Of a stretch of DNA of 64,000 bases, positions 1-11,510 are shown piece by piece. The translations under genes were made by a program, and so were the position numbers. The notes beneath the pieces were generated by a model. It saw only the letters and a list, made by a program, of their open reading frames with translations, ran no database searches and had not been told where the DNA came from. Positions within the stretch are counted from its first letter, which is position 1, and every line of letters starts with the position of its first letter. The DNA comes from Camelus dromedarius. Taxonomy: Eukaryota. Location of the stretch: positions 62,870,001 through 62,934,000 of the forward strand of contig NC_087437.1 in NCBI RefSeq assembly GCF_036321535.1, written 5' to 3'.

Positions 1-20
1 CTAGGAGGAGAAGAGAGGCC
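1..20 (-). promoter_or_regulatory. KALRN: 3' splice acceptor of the next KALRN exon, which lies just outside the window
   Basis: Minus strand ends ...GGCCTCTCTTCTCCTCCTAG at position 1: a polypyrimidine tract plus TAG. This would close the intron opened by the donor at 1095. Confidence 0.75.
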
Positions 21-1056
21 AGGGCACAGGCTCACTGCTGCCCCTACTCTCCTCATCATGCAACCAGAAGTGCTGAGCCAGGAAGACCCCAAAGACAGGA
101 AAGGTGGGCGCACTCCAGCATGACTAGAACCTAGATTTGAAACTAGACTGGTTTCAGGTTTAGTGAAGCAGCTAGAATACGTGAGGTTGAGCAAGCATCT
201 CTAAACATGAGCTGCATTTCATCAGATTTCCCTGGAACTATATACTTCCTGTGACATGCCTCTCACCTTCCTTTTATTCTTTGCATTTGAGGAGTGACCT
301 GCACACTATTCAAACGGAGGGAAAACTCCACCCTTATAAGTTAAGAATGAATATAGAAAAGGGTTATACAACTGCCTCTGATCAATTTCCCAGGCTTTCT
401 GTGGGAAAATGTCATTTTCAGAGTGTCACTGTATCCTCCTGTGAGAAGAATCAGCCCAAATTACTTAGTGTTTTGCATAATTTGATTATTTGACTTTTAA
501 AGAAAAGATTTTGGAGAAAATCCACATCTCTTAGTTGGCACCAGAAGAAACCCTAACATATGGGATCCAACAGATATAAAAGTGTCACTGTGTTTTAATT
601 GGACTTTCAACTATATCTTCTCAAAAACCCCATAGTCTTGACAAACACAGAGATCAAGGCAATGGTAGGTGTTGCCCTGGGCCCCCACTGCCCGTGTGGC
701 CTGGCACTGCCTCTAAGACCTCAACCCTGGATCCTGTCAGTAGTAGGGACCATCAGGAGGATGTGCCCAAAACAGAAGGACAGGAGAGGCTTCAGGGAGG
801 GACCAGCCAGTGCCTGGGGTGGCATTCACTAAAAGCTGTGCAGTGATGAGTGCATGTAAAAATAGTTACAATCACTCCTGCTCTCATTTCTCCTCTTCTC
901 CCACACCCCCTCCTCCCCCCCAAAAGCATCTGGAATGTCACAGAATAGAACATGCAGTCTGGAGCCAGGAGAGCCAGAGTGGGCTCATCTCTGAAGTTCT
1001 GCTCCTGGTAGAGGAAAGGTCTTGAGGTGAAGCTTTCCCATCCCTGGGCCTGGTCA

Positions 1057-1188
<132 letters not shown>

Positions 1189-1244
1189 CTACAGGGATGA
1201 AAACAGGCCCCGTTAGACAGAGAGGGACATGTGTACAACTGTGC

Positions 1245-1600
1245 TCTGGGAGGAGGTGGGTGGGGTAAGGAGAGAAGAGAAAAGAAAAAGGGCAGACTGT
1301 TCTTTGATGGGGAAAGGAGGGTAAAAGAGGAACAAGAGATATAAAGATGCATACAGAAATAGAAAAAAAAGGAGAGGTGGGAAAAAGGGAGAAACGTTAG
1401 GAAAAGAAAGTAGATTTGTGAAAGAAAAATGGAATCAAAAAGAAATGGAGGAAGATAAAAGTAGAAAAAGGAAGTGAGGCTGTAAATACAGGCAGAAGGG
1501 TGGAAGAGAGGTGAAGAAGTGGGGATGAAGGGAAAAAAGCCCAGAACGGAGGGAATAAGAGGGGGACAAAAGAGAAGGGAATGCAGGGAGGGGGAGGGAG
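1245..1600. repeat. Purine-rich (GA) low-complexity tract
   Basis: Plus strand is strongly A/G-dominated over about 350 bp. It generates the spurious F/S/L/P-rich ORFs on the minus strand. Confidence 0.85.
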
Positions 1601-2654
1601 GCACGGGTGTCTATTCCGATGGCTGCCACCTCTGTATGTGTCCACAGCCTCCTTCTTAAAGCTGCACAAGAGCAAATCTCTTGTACCAACCCTCCTCGCT
1701 TCAAATTCCACACATCCCAACTTGGAGTCTCCACTTTATTCCTTATCACTTTCTCCCTGCAATGACCTCTCTCATCCTTCAGGTCTCTTGAGCTGGAAAC
1801 CATGGAGTCATGTCCAGTTGTTTTCCCTGGTGTAAGTCCTTCCTCTCCAGTTTCACCAACAATACTCACATCATTCATTCCCAGGCTAAGACCTTGGCTT
1901 CCAACCATTGTTTGTGCCTCTAGGCCCTCACCCCAGTCCACTCTCTGTCGTCCTCCAAAATGACCTTCCATGCCCCAAGGTCTGGGTGTTGTGAAGGTTA
2001 GTGAAGGGTACATTTTAGTTCCTTCCCTCAAGAACCTTATATTCTAGCTGGCTGAGACTATCAACCACCCTCAACACACACAAAATAGAGAGCAATGAGA
2101 GACAAGAGAAGGTATCCTCACTGGTTACAGCCAGCGAGAACAGGGAGAAATCACTGGGCCTGGGAGTGGTCACTGAAGTTTTAGCCAAGACAAAGCCTTC
2201 AGCTAGGGTTTAAAGGACAGGTAGAGGTTGGTGAAGTGAAAGTCGGAGGAGTGGCACTCTATAAAGGGAAGACGTATAAACCAAAATACATGGGAAATAA
2301 TCACTGTGTCTTCAGAGGACAATGAGGACTATGCCTGAGCACATGGTCCTCCTTATCCTCCAAAGACCTCATTATCATTTAAAGAGAACGCACATTGAGA
2401 TTCTAGAAAAAGTGAAACTACAGTTAGACAAGCAAGATGTATGTAGGCCACCGATGGAATCGAGCTAGAGGAATGAATTAGGATTTGATGGTGAGCTTCT
2501 CAATGATAAAGTACTGCAGATCTTAAAAAGAAGAAAAACCATGGTGAAAGCAATGCTTCAGATAGATGAATGCAGGCCTAATAGCAACACAGAGGGTGGA
2601 GACTGGGGAACAGACACAGAAAGACCAGTTAGGAGATCGCTGCAAAAGCCCGAG

Positions 2655-3215
2655 TGTGTAAACACAGAGTCCCCACGCGATCCAGGGATTCCACTCCCAC
2701 GTACATACCTGAGAGAAACCAACACACATGTCCACATAAAAACTTGTATAAAATGTTCATAGCAGTATTATTAATAACAATGAAAAGACAGACACAATTC
2801 AAATGTTCATCAATTGATGAATGAAAAAACAAAATGCATTATATTCATACAATGAAATATTACTTGACCATAAAAATGAACAAAGTACCGAGACATGCTA
2901 TAACACAGACACACCTTGAATACTTTACGTTGAGTGAAAGACACCACAAAAAAGGTCACAAAAGAACACACATTACATCATACCATTTTTTAATGAAATA
3001 CCCAGAATAGGAAAATCTACAGAGATAGAAAATAGACTGTTGGTTGCTTAGGGCTCGGGGAGTAGGTCAGAGGGCTCGGTGGAGGGGTGATAGCTAAAGG
3101 GTGTGGGGTTGCTTTTGGAAGTGATGAAAATGTTCTAAAGTTGACTGTGGGGACGGCCGCACGTGTCTGTGAATATACTAAAATAAAATGTACCCTTTAC
3201 ATTTGTGTATAATAC
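2655..3215 (+). mobile_element. Old L1 (L1MB-like) 3' fragment, apparently inserted into an L2 remnant
   Basis: ORF2-end/3'UTR hallmarks: CATGTCCACATAAAAACTTGTA...AATGTTCATAGCAG, GATAGAAAATAGACTGTTGGTTGCTTAGGG, GTGATGAAAATGTTCTAAA. L2-like sequence lies on both sides. Confidence 0.8.
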
Positions 3216-5089
3216 ATATCTATATCTCCAGGTGTGTAATGTGGGGGCTTGCCATAAACTGAGATTAGTGAGAACAAAACATTGGAAGGATTACAGGAAA
3301 CATTTTAAAGCTAGACAAGATAGGACTTGCTACGTGGTTGTGAAGGAAGCCAAACAACCGGAAATAAAACAAAAAATTCCGCTTCCCGCCAACCATCCCA
3401 GAAAGTAGCAATTTTCTCACTCACGTGCCTCTTCCCCAGAGGTGTGTCATTACAGCAGGACTTGTTCAAGGAAAATGGGCAAAACAGCTGGTGGCTGGAC
3501 CCTCTTCGGGCAAGTGAGCATTGTGAGTTTACCGGGGGGCCTTTGGCAGGAGAGGACAGGCAGTCACACGCCTCTGGTCAGCTTCTCTCTCTGACCAGAT
3601 GCCCAGCTCTGGGTGCGCTTCCTGTGTAGAGCAGGGAGGGGCTGCCTCCCATGCCTGGGTCCCCCCAGCCAAGTTACAAATCACACAGCCTCACAGCTCC
3701 CACATCCGGAGTAGAAAATTCTGGGTCCTGGGAATGTGCGGGCCTTTCTGCGACTTGAGTTTTCTGTGCTCTCTTTACAATAATGGATAATGAGGGATTG
3801 TCTTTATTGAGGGTTAATTTTTTATAGATGAAGGCCTAGAGCAGATGGTTTCTGAGGGCAGGGCTTAGGGAAACCCACCTGATGGAGTGGGAAAAAGCCG
3901 CACAGACTCTGCTTTCTGGAAAGCTTCGGGAACAATCCGGAGAGTGTGCTGCTCTCCTCAGCCCCCAGCCACGTCCCAGGGACTCCTATTGGGCCGGTTT
4001 TCTGGCTTCCATTGGCCTTTCCAACTAATACACAGGCTCCTCAGGCAGCATGCAGGAAATGGGGGGTAGGGTGTGAAATCCGGGGCATATTTGACTTACA
4101 AGTCAAAGTTGAGAAATTGGCTAGAAACAGGGATATGAGGAATGCAGGACTAAAGGAAAATACAGTTTAACACCAGACACTGTAACATGGACAAAATGAA
4201 CTAGGCAAACCACCAGTCAACCTCCAGGGGCCCACGGGCCAGGGGAGGTGTGGTCATAGAAAGGTACATTGTTAACCTGCCAAAAGGCAATTGTTACAGA
4301 TGCTGTGGAGAGGCACAAACCGTACTGCAAGCATAGAGAAAGGCAAGGATTCAGGCAGGAAGCAACGTGTGACCTTTAAAGGATAGGAAGAATTCTAAGA
4401 GCGACTGTGCGTGTGTGCACACGTGCGGGCAGAGGGGTCAAATCCTTTCTAGGCAGCGAGAGCTGTGTGAGCAAAGATAAGGAAGCAGAAGAGTCAGAGG
4501 CACACTCAGAACACAGGTCATATGCACTCAAAACAAATTTAAAGTTGAAGACAGGACACACACAGTGCTTTAAAACCTCAAAAAGACCCTTCTGGATGCT
4601 GTTGATAAATAATCAACCAGAAGCATCATAAGAGAAATACATTGTTTAGCAAAGGTAATAAGGTACAGGGCATCTAATAGGATGGCCAACACGTGAGAGA
4701 AGTACTTTTCTTGGGTTTTCTGTTCTATCAAATTCCAGTTTGGGACCATTTCCATAATAATACTCCATTAAAAAAAATCATGTCTGCTTTTTTTTGTCTG
4801 GCTTTCACCCAGTCAAGGGTCATTCTGTCACTTAGCCAACAGGATACTCGTAGAATCATTTCTACCACAGCAGTGTCAGGCTAGAAAGATGCTCAGAGAA
4901 GCTTTATTTTGTGAACGTGAGTATGGGAGCCATGTTCGAATGTCCGATTCCCCAGGGGGCCTGGCACACTATCTTGCACACAGTAGACAGTCAAATGTGT
5001 AAGGAAGGAATGAGGTAGGCAGAAAGACAGACTGATAGACATTAAAAGAGGTACCTCAGCTCTGAGTCTTCTCTTGGCTTCCATTACAG

Positions 5090-5455
5090 CACAAGTGCTC
5101 AACCCTGGCTGCATGTTCCTCTCTCCCAGAAATGTGTGAAACCCTCAACGCCCAGGCTAAGCCCAGGCTGATCTTACCAGAATCAGGGATGGGGCCCAGG
5201 AACCAGTATTTTTCAAAGCTCCGCAGGTGATTCCAATGCGTAGCCAAGCTTGAAACAACTGCATTAGAGCAGGGATTCTCAAACTTGAGTGGGTGTCAGC
5301 ATCACCTGGAGGGCTTCTTAAAACTCAGGTGGTTGGGTTCCAGCCCTGGGGATTCTGATTCAACAGATCTGGAGTGGGGTCCAAAATATGCATTTCTAAC
5401 AAGTTCTCGGTGATTCTGGTGAGGCTGGGCTGAGCCCACACTGAGAAGCCTTGCA
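5090..5455 (+). mobile_element. Two head-to-tail MER5A-like (hAT-Charlie) DNA transposon fossils
   Basis: Motifs GGGGCCCAGGAA..CAGGTGATTC, CAGGGATTCTCAAACTT..ATCACCTGGAGGGCTT..TGCATTTCTAACAAG. Confidence 0.75.
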
Positions 5456-5769
5456 TTTAAGGATGCTGTATACGTAGTTGAAGTGCAACACCTTAATCAG
5501 AACCTGTATCACAGCACGCCTCCTCTACACGTGACATGCATGGCTCGCTCGGCTTGGGGTGGAGACATGGAGTCCAATGTGCCTTATTTGAAACCAAAGC
5601 ACTTGGCATAGGATGGAGTAAAACAAAAGATAAAACATGGAGAAAAACAAAAAAGTTGTATTTATCTATGAGAGAGAGACTTGGGGTGGCCAGTAAAGAA
5701 AAATGAGGGACAAAGGACAGTTAAAGACCCATTATCTCAAAGTAGAGAAGCATTTCCACCTGCTCATCA

Positions 5770-5889
<120 letters not shown>

Positions 5890-6669
5890 CTAAAAAGAAC
5901 AAAGACAATTATAGATAAGTATCCATCAGTTGCTCCCTCCCGTTGACTGTGCAGTTGAGCCCCAGATGTTGTGTGCTGCAGGATTATCTGTGGCAAATGT
6001 TCTGGGCTCATCGAGTCTATGCTCCCCCAACAAACTTTGGGATACTTTCCTCCTATCAGTGGGGCAGGGAGGGTGGGGAAGCTGGCTGAAAGCGAGCTCA
6101 TTGTAATATTAGTCTGTGCAAGGTAGAATTAGACAAACCAATCCACATATCATAACGTATTCTGAAGCTAGACAGAAATTGAGAGATTCTCCCCCTTTTT
6201 AGATTACCTACAATTATGCTTCCCATCTTGAAAAATGACAGCATTGGCTCTACAAACAAAAATCAAAGAATGAAAATGAAGCGGGATCTCAGACGGAGAT
6301 CTGCTCATGCTCCAAATGTCTCCATTGCGGGCAGTATGCAGGTCCTGTCAAGCGACTATGCCACCATCCCCCCTTTCCCAGAAGCAACGAAGGGTGGGGG
6401 TGGGGGTGGGGAAGGAGCTCAGGGGCAGGGTCTGAACGATGAGTCCTAACCAGATTGCTACTTCAAGTTAAGAACCTTGACTTGGTGAAAATTCATTTCT
6501 TATTACTCTTGAGATCCTCTTTGTTAGTGCCACACACCCCTTCCACTGGAAACATTGTGTGTATCTTGGCCATCAAGTATTTTTCCCATTTGTGAAATGC
6601 TGCCCATCTTGGTGCGTATAGAACATTGGGGATATCCTCTTCTGAGGGCAGCCTAGATATGTGTTAATT

Positions 6670-6890
6670 ATAGCAGGTTTCATCTAGCCAGCACTTTCCC
6701 AAGTGCTTTATGTATATTAACTCATTTGATCCCTAGAGGATTTTATGAGGTGAAGTTCTATTATAATCATCCCCATTTTACAGATGTGAAGTGGTGGCAT
6801 CAGCTAGTTAAGGAACTTTAAAGTCCCACAGTTAGAAAGAGGTACAGCCCAGGCAAGCTGACTTCAGGCTTCTTGGTCATAACCATTACC
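6670..6890. mobile_element. MIR SINE
   Basis: Core CCCCATTTTACAGATGTGAA and AACTCATTTGATCC motifs. Confidence 0.75.
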
Positions 6891-8280
6891 GTTCAATACA
6901 TTACCAACAACTCTATTGCTACCCTTTACTCCTGCACTACACTCATACATTAAGATTATGAGACTCAAGAAAGTCACTTTGGGATAATTCTTGGCAAAAT
7001 GCGCAGATTTTATGTAATCACTAAAGGTTTTATGAAATCAATCTTAGGGTTTATACACTATCTGGGAGGCATTTATCATCCCTAAGAGATGCTGATAAAT
7101 CATACTTACGGTTGATGGTAAGGCAAATTCACATAATGCATGAAACAAGATACCAAAAAAAAAAAAAAATCCCTTCATTTGACAGTCCATCTCAGTTTTT
7201 CTCCACGTTGGCTGTGCGAGGGATCATAACTTATTTATCAGCATTTATGTGAACTATGCATGGGCTCATGTATTTAGAGGTAGGAAATGTATTAACACAA
7301 AATACGACGGCAGTCTGAGACTTCCTTAAGAAATGAGAGTACGCCAGGAAGCACATTTTACGGTTTCATGAAAAGGTCTTGAGTTGTGGGACAAACTGTG
7401 ATATTTATTACACGTCAATGGACTAGCCAACATCCTAGCTCATCTGAAATGTTTCCATCTATAATATTTAAAACATAATCATAGTCCTGCCTATTCCATA
7501 GGGCTAAGAGCATAAACTCTCTGAATCAGGAAGAATTTGAAAAAGTAATTAGCCCATTACGAGTAGGAGTTTTAAGTAGATAATTATTGAACATTGGAAC
7601 TCCTGACCCTAGGGGAGGATTTCCACGTTTACTTGTACTTACTGTACTAGGTGAACCAATCTGGAGATGTTGGTCCTCCTACCATGAACACGGACTCAGA
7701 AAAACATGGTGTGGAGACGCTAATGGAAACTAATGTTTCCATTTGCACAATTAGAACCTGATACATTCAGCCCATTTACTTGGCCCATGACAACAGCACC
7801 AAGAAAAAGAATGACTAGACACATATCCTGTAGGTCACAGGATAGATACCCAAGGAGGCTCTATTAAGGAAGAAAATGTGACCAATGGTTTGGTGGATTT
7901 CTAAAGTTTGAATTCCTTAATCCTCATCCTGTTAAAAACAAAACAAAGTAACTCGTGGATGGAGCTGGAGTAGTTCTTCTACCAAGGGTGGCGGTCTTGT
8001 TCCAGTTTCCTGATACCTCAACTTTAGAAAGTTCTTAGAGAGCTTAGGTGGAGCTTGGACATGACATGTAAGGACCTTTCCCAAGGAGGGCTCTGCTCCT
8101 CAGGGGTACAGACTGCTTCTTTCAGATCTACATGGCCCCTCTCTCCAGTCCCTGGTCCTATGTTAGCATGTCAGGGACCCCAACCCCCAGCTCAGGCACC
8201 AAATAGTGCTGTCATCTGGTGCCAACTGCACTCCTGGAAAGCATGGGGCAGGGGGAGGAGAATAAGTTCAGGTTGGTTAC

Positions 8281-8350
8281 CCAGGTAACAAAGCAGTGTC
8301 CCACATCCTCAGGCAGCTGCTCGTACTTCTCCAGCTCTTTGAGGAAGATG
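8281..8350 (-). CDS. KALRN: KALRN coding exon, DH1 ([N][23 protein letters not shown])
   Basis: 70 nt, cag|C ATC...TGG|gtaacc, phase 2/0. Peptide is visible in ORF 8212..8451. Confidence 0.97.
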
Positions 8351-9139
8351 CTGCAACGGGAGAGAAAGGCCGAATCAGACATCTCTGTACCGCTGACACC
8401 CCTCCCTGCCAGAGGCTTACACTGAGGCCAACCTAACCTTACAAACACCATTATTTACACATGGCTTCTCCACCCTCTAAGTGATATGTGGTAAGGAGCA
8501 GTTTTAAAATATGTTGGAACTCATTTCATTAAAATTTGTATTAATTGATTAATTGGTGCTACTTAAACTAATAATGTTTTCCTCAAGGGTTTACACTTCT
8601 CAGGATGAAAATAATGAAATGATATACTCGTGCAGGGGCATTTCCTTTTAACGGTAACTACGACTCTAATTTTTTTTATACAAGTAACCTTGAGAACATT
8701 GTAACATTTAAAAAAAATATGGATATAGGTATCAAAAAGAACAAAATAAATGTCATCTATGATCCCAGAGGTGAGTGTAAAAAATTTGAATCCTACACTG
8801 ACTTCTTTCCAATTCTTGGCTTCTTTCTTCCACTAGTACCCAGTCTTTGTAAAAACTATGAGTTACTGTTTCCTAATGAAGACATTGTCAGGAAAGAAAA
8901 TTTAATGGGGAAAAAGTCATGATACATTTCAAAGCTGAATTAAATTACTACTGAATTATCTGCCAGGGTGGCTATCTGAATCCTGGCTCCTTTCTATGTT
9001 AATAAAGAAGAAAGGGTTGACTACACCTACTTCAAATTAATATATTAAGCAACTGATCTGAGCTCAGAGAATATAAGTCCAAATTAGCCAGAATCATTGG
9101 AATAGAATTTGCTTTTTAAAAATCACACAAAGTTTTTCA

Positions 9140-9566
9140 AATAGAAAATGAGGCTGTGGGGAAACATTCTGATGGAGACGGAAGACAGTATACTCTTTGC
9201 AAAGGGCTATTTGACAGTATCTATCAAAATTAAAAATGTACTTATCTTTGTCTCTGCAATTTTAATTTTGGATAATGTCCTATACTTGCAGTCACACATG
9301 TGTAAGATGAAGTATACACATGTGGATTCATTGTGGCACTGTTTATAACAGCAAAAGATGGTCTGTAGATGACAAAAATGTGCCACATCTACAGAACTAT
9401 ATATTATGTAGCTGTAAAAATGGCAAAACTTTTTATGTTTTCATATGGAAGATCTCCAGGCAGGCTGTTAAGTGAAAAAAGCAAGGTGTGGAAGAATGTA
9501 TCTAACATTCTGCCTTTTGTCTAAGTCGGGAATATATACTCTTATTTTCAGCCTGAGAAACTAATG
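9140..9566 (+). mobile_element. Ancient L1M (L1ME/MC-like) 3' region; host of the nested stack
   Basis: TTTGACAGTATCTATCAAAATTAAAAATG, GGATTCATTGTGGCACTGTTTATAACAGCAAAAG, TTAAGTGAAAAAAGCAAG. Appears to resume at about 11032-11098 and 11522-11570. Confidence 0.6.
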
Positions 9567-9869
9567 GTCAAAGTGTACAACTTCAGTAATGCAAGATGAG
9601 TTCTGGAGATCTGTTATACAGCTTAATATCTATAACACACCTTACTGCATTGGATACTTAAAATTTGCTAAGATGGTAGATCTTCTGTTAAGTGTTCTTA
9701 TATAACAATAATAGGGGAGAACACTTTGGGAGGTGGTAAATACATCTATGGTCTTGATGGTGATGATGGTTTCATGGGTGTATACTTATGCCCAAACTCA
9801 TCAGGTTGTAGATATTAGATTAAGTAGGTTTTTAATCATCAATAACACTTGAATAAAGTGGTTAAAAAA
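9567..9869 (+). mobile_element. L1MA/MB-like 3' end fragment
   Basis: TGAGTTCTGGAGATCTG, AAATTTGCTAAGATGGTAGATCTT, GGTGATGATGGTTTCATGGGTGTATAC; ends AATAAAGTGGTTAAAAAA. Confidence 0.75.
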
Positions 9870-9878
9870 GTCATTACC

Positions 9879-11016
9879 CAAAATGAAAAGACAACCTACT
9901 GAATGGGAGAAAATATCTGCAAATGATGTAACTGATAAGGGCTTACTATTCAACATATATAAATAGCTTACACAACTCGACATCAAAAAAGCACACAACC
10001 CAATTTAAAAATGGGCATAAGACCTGAATAGACATTTTTCCAAAGAAGACATACAGATGGCAAACAGGCATACGAAAAGATGTTCAATATCATCATCAGA
10101 GAAATACAAATTAAAATCACAATGAGTCATCACCTCATATTAGTCAGAATGGCCGTCATCAAAAGGAACACAAATAACTAATGTTGGCAAGGATGTGGAG
10201 AAAAGGGAGGCCTTGTACACTGTTGGTGAGGATGTAAATTGGTGCAGTTACTGTAGAAAACAATATGGAAGTTTCTCAAAAAACTAAAAATAGAACAACC
10301 ATATGATCCAGAAATTTCACTCCTGAGTATATATCCAAAAAAAAAAAAATGGAAACACTAATTTGAAAAGATACATACACCCAAATGTTCATAGCAGCAT
10401 TATTTACAATTGCCAAAATATGGAAGCAACCTAAGTGTCCAAGAGGTGAAAAGATAAAGAAGATGTGTTATTTATATATAATATATATACTACCCAGCCA
10501 TAAAGAATAAAATTTTGCCATTTGCAACGTGGATTGACTCCGAGCGTATTACGCTAAGTGAAATAAGTAAGACAGAGAAAGACAAATACTGTATGATGTT
10601 ACTGTATGTGGGGTCTAAAAAACACAACAAAGTAGTAAATATGACAAAAAAGAAACAGACTCACAGATATAGAGAACAAACTAGTGGTTACCAGTGGGGA
10701 GAGGGAGGGGCAAGATCAGAGTAGGAGATTAAGAGGTACAAATTACTACGTATAAAATAAGTAAGCAACAAGGATATATTGTACAACACAGGGAATATAG
10801 CCAGTATTTTATCATAACTATAAATGGATTATAACCTTTAAAATTGTGAATCACTATGACCTGAAACTTACAACACTGTCCATCAACTATACCTCAATAA
10901 AAAAAGAGTTGAGCAAATAGACTTCCACATGTGCAAAATGACATGTAAAGAAAAGCATTCACTGCAGTACTGCATGAAATAAAAGAGGGTTGGAAATGAC
11001 TCAAATATACTTTTTT
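9879..11016 (+). mobile_element. 5'-truncated cetartiodactyl-type L1 with 15-bp TSD and apparent 3' transduction
   Basis: ORF2 C-terminus plus 3'UTR ending CTCAATAAAAAAA at 10905. Identical AAAAAAGTCATTACC at 9864-9878 and 11017-11031. Confidence 0.9.
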
Positions 11017-11098
11017 AAAAAAGTCATTACCATAGGAAACCAGGTGAAGGAACAGGGTGGATGACGATAGTGATGAGTGACTTTTCTCAGTCTATACC

Positions 11099-11510
11099 TG
11101 TTTTTTTTTTTAAAGCATAAAACAACAAGTTTATTTCTGGCTCATGCTACCTGTGGGTCAGTAGGGAGGAGGATATAGGAGTGTTTACTGACCGTGGGAT
11201 GTAACCAGAGACTGCATGGGGGCAGGGCTCTCCCAGGAAGTTTGGGGACAGGATACACAGAGTGGCTTTGCCACAGCTCACTCTGGGACCAGCACAACGC
11301 CTCAGTTCCTGGCTGCAGTCTTCTAGATCAGCTTTGACGGTGCGCAGACACTGTTAATGTTCTGCCTGTTTAAACTCGGACTCCTTTACCATGTTTATAC
11401 GCATCAGGCAGCTGTGTGCTTTAACTTCCAGGCGTCAGTATCTGTGTCTCCTTTTCTCTTTTTTGAAAGACTGCCCTCAGGTTACTAGAACTCCTTTTGA
11501 GAGCCAGATA
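11099..11510 (-). pseudogene. Retrocopy (processed fragment) of an unidentified polyadenylated transcript
   Basis: Minus-strand AATAAA (11130-11135) lies 18 nt before an A11 run (11101-11111). Decayed TSD TCAGTCTATAC (11087-11097) / TCAACCTACAC (11511-11521). Interrupts an old L1. Confidence 0.65.

Noticed and set aside
10283..10293. MEF2-like CTAAAAATAG
   Set aside because: Part of the ordinary L1 ORF2-end sequence, so not evidence of a dedicated enhancer.
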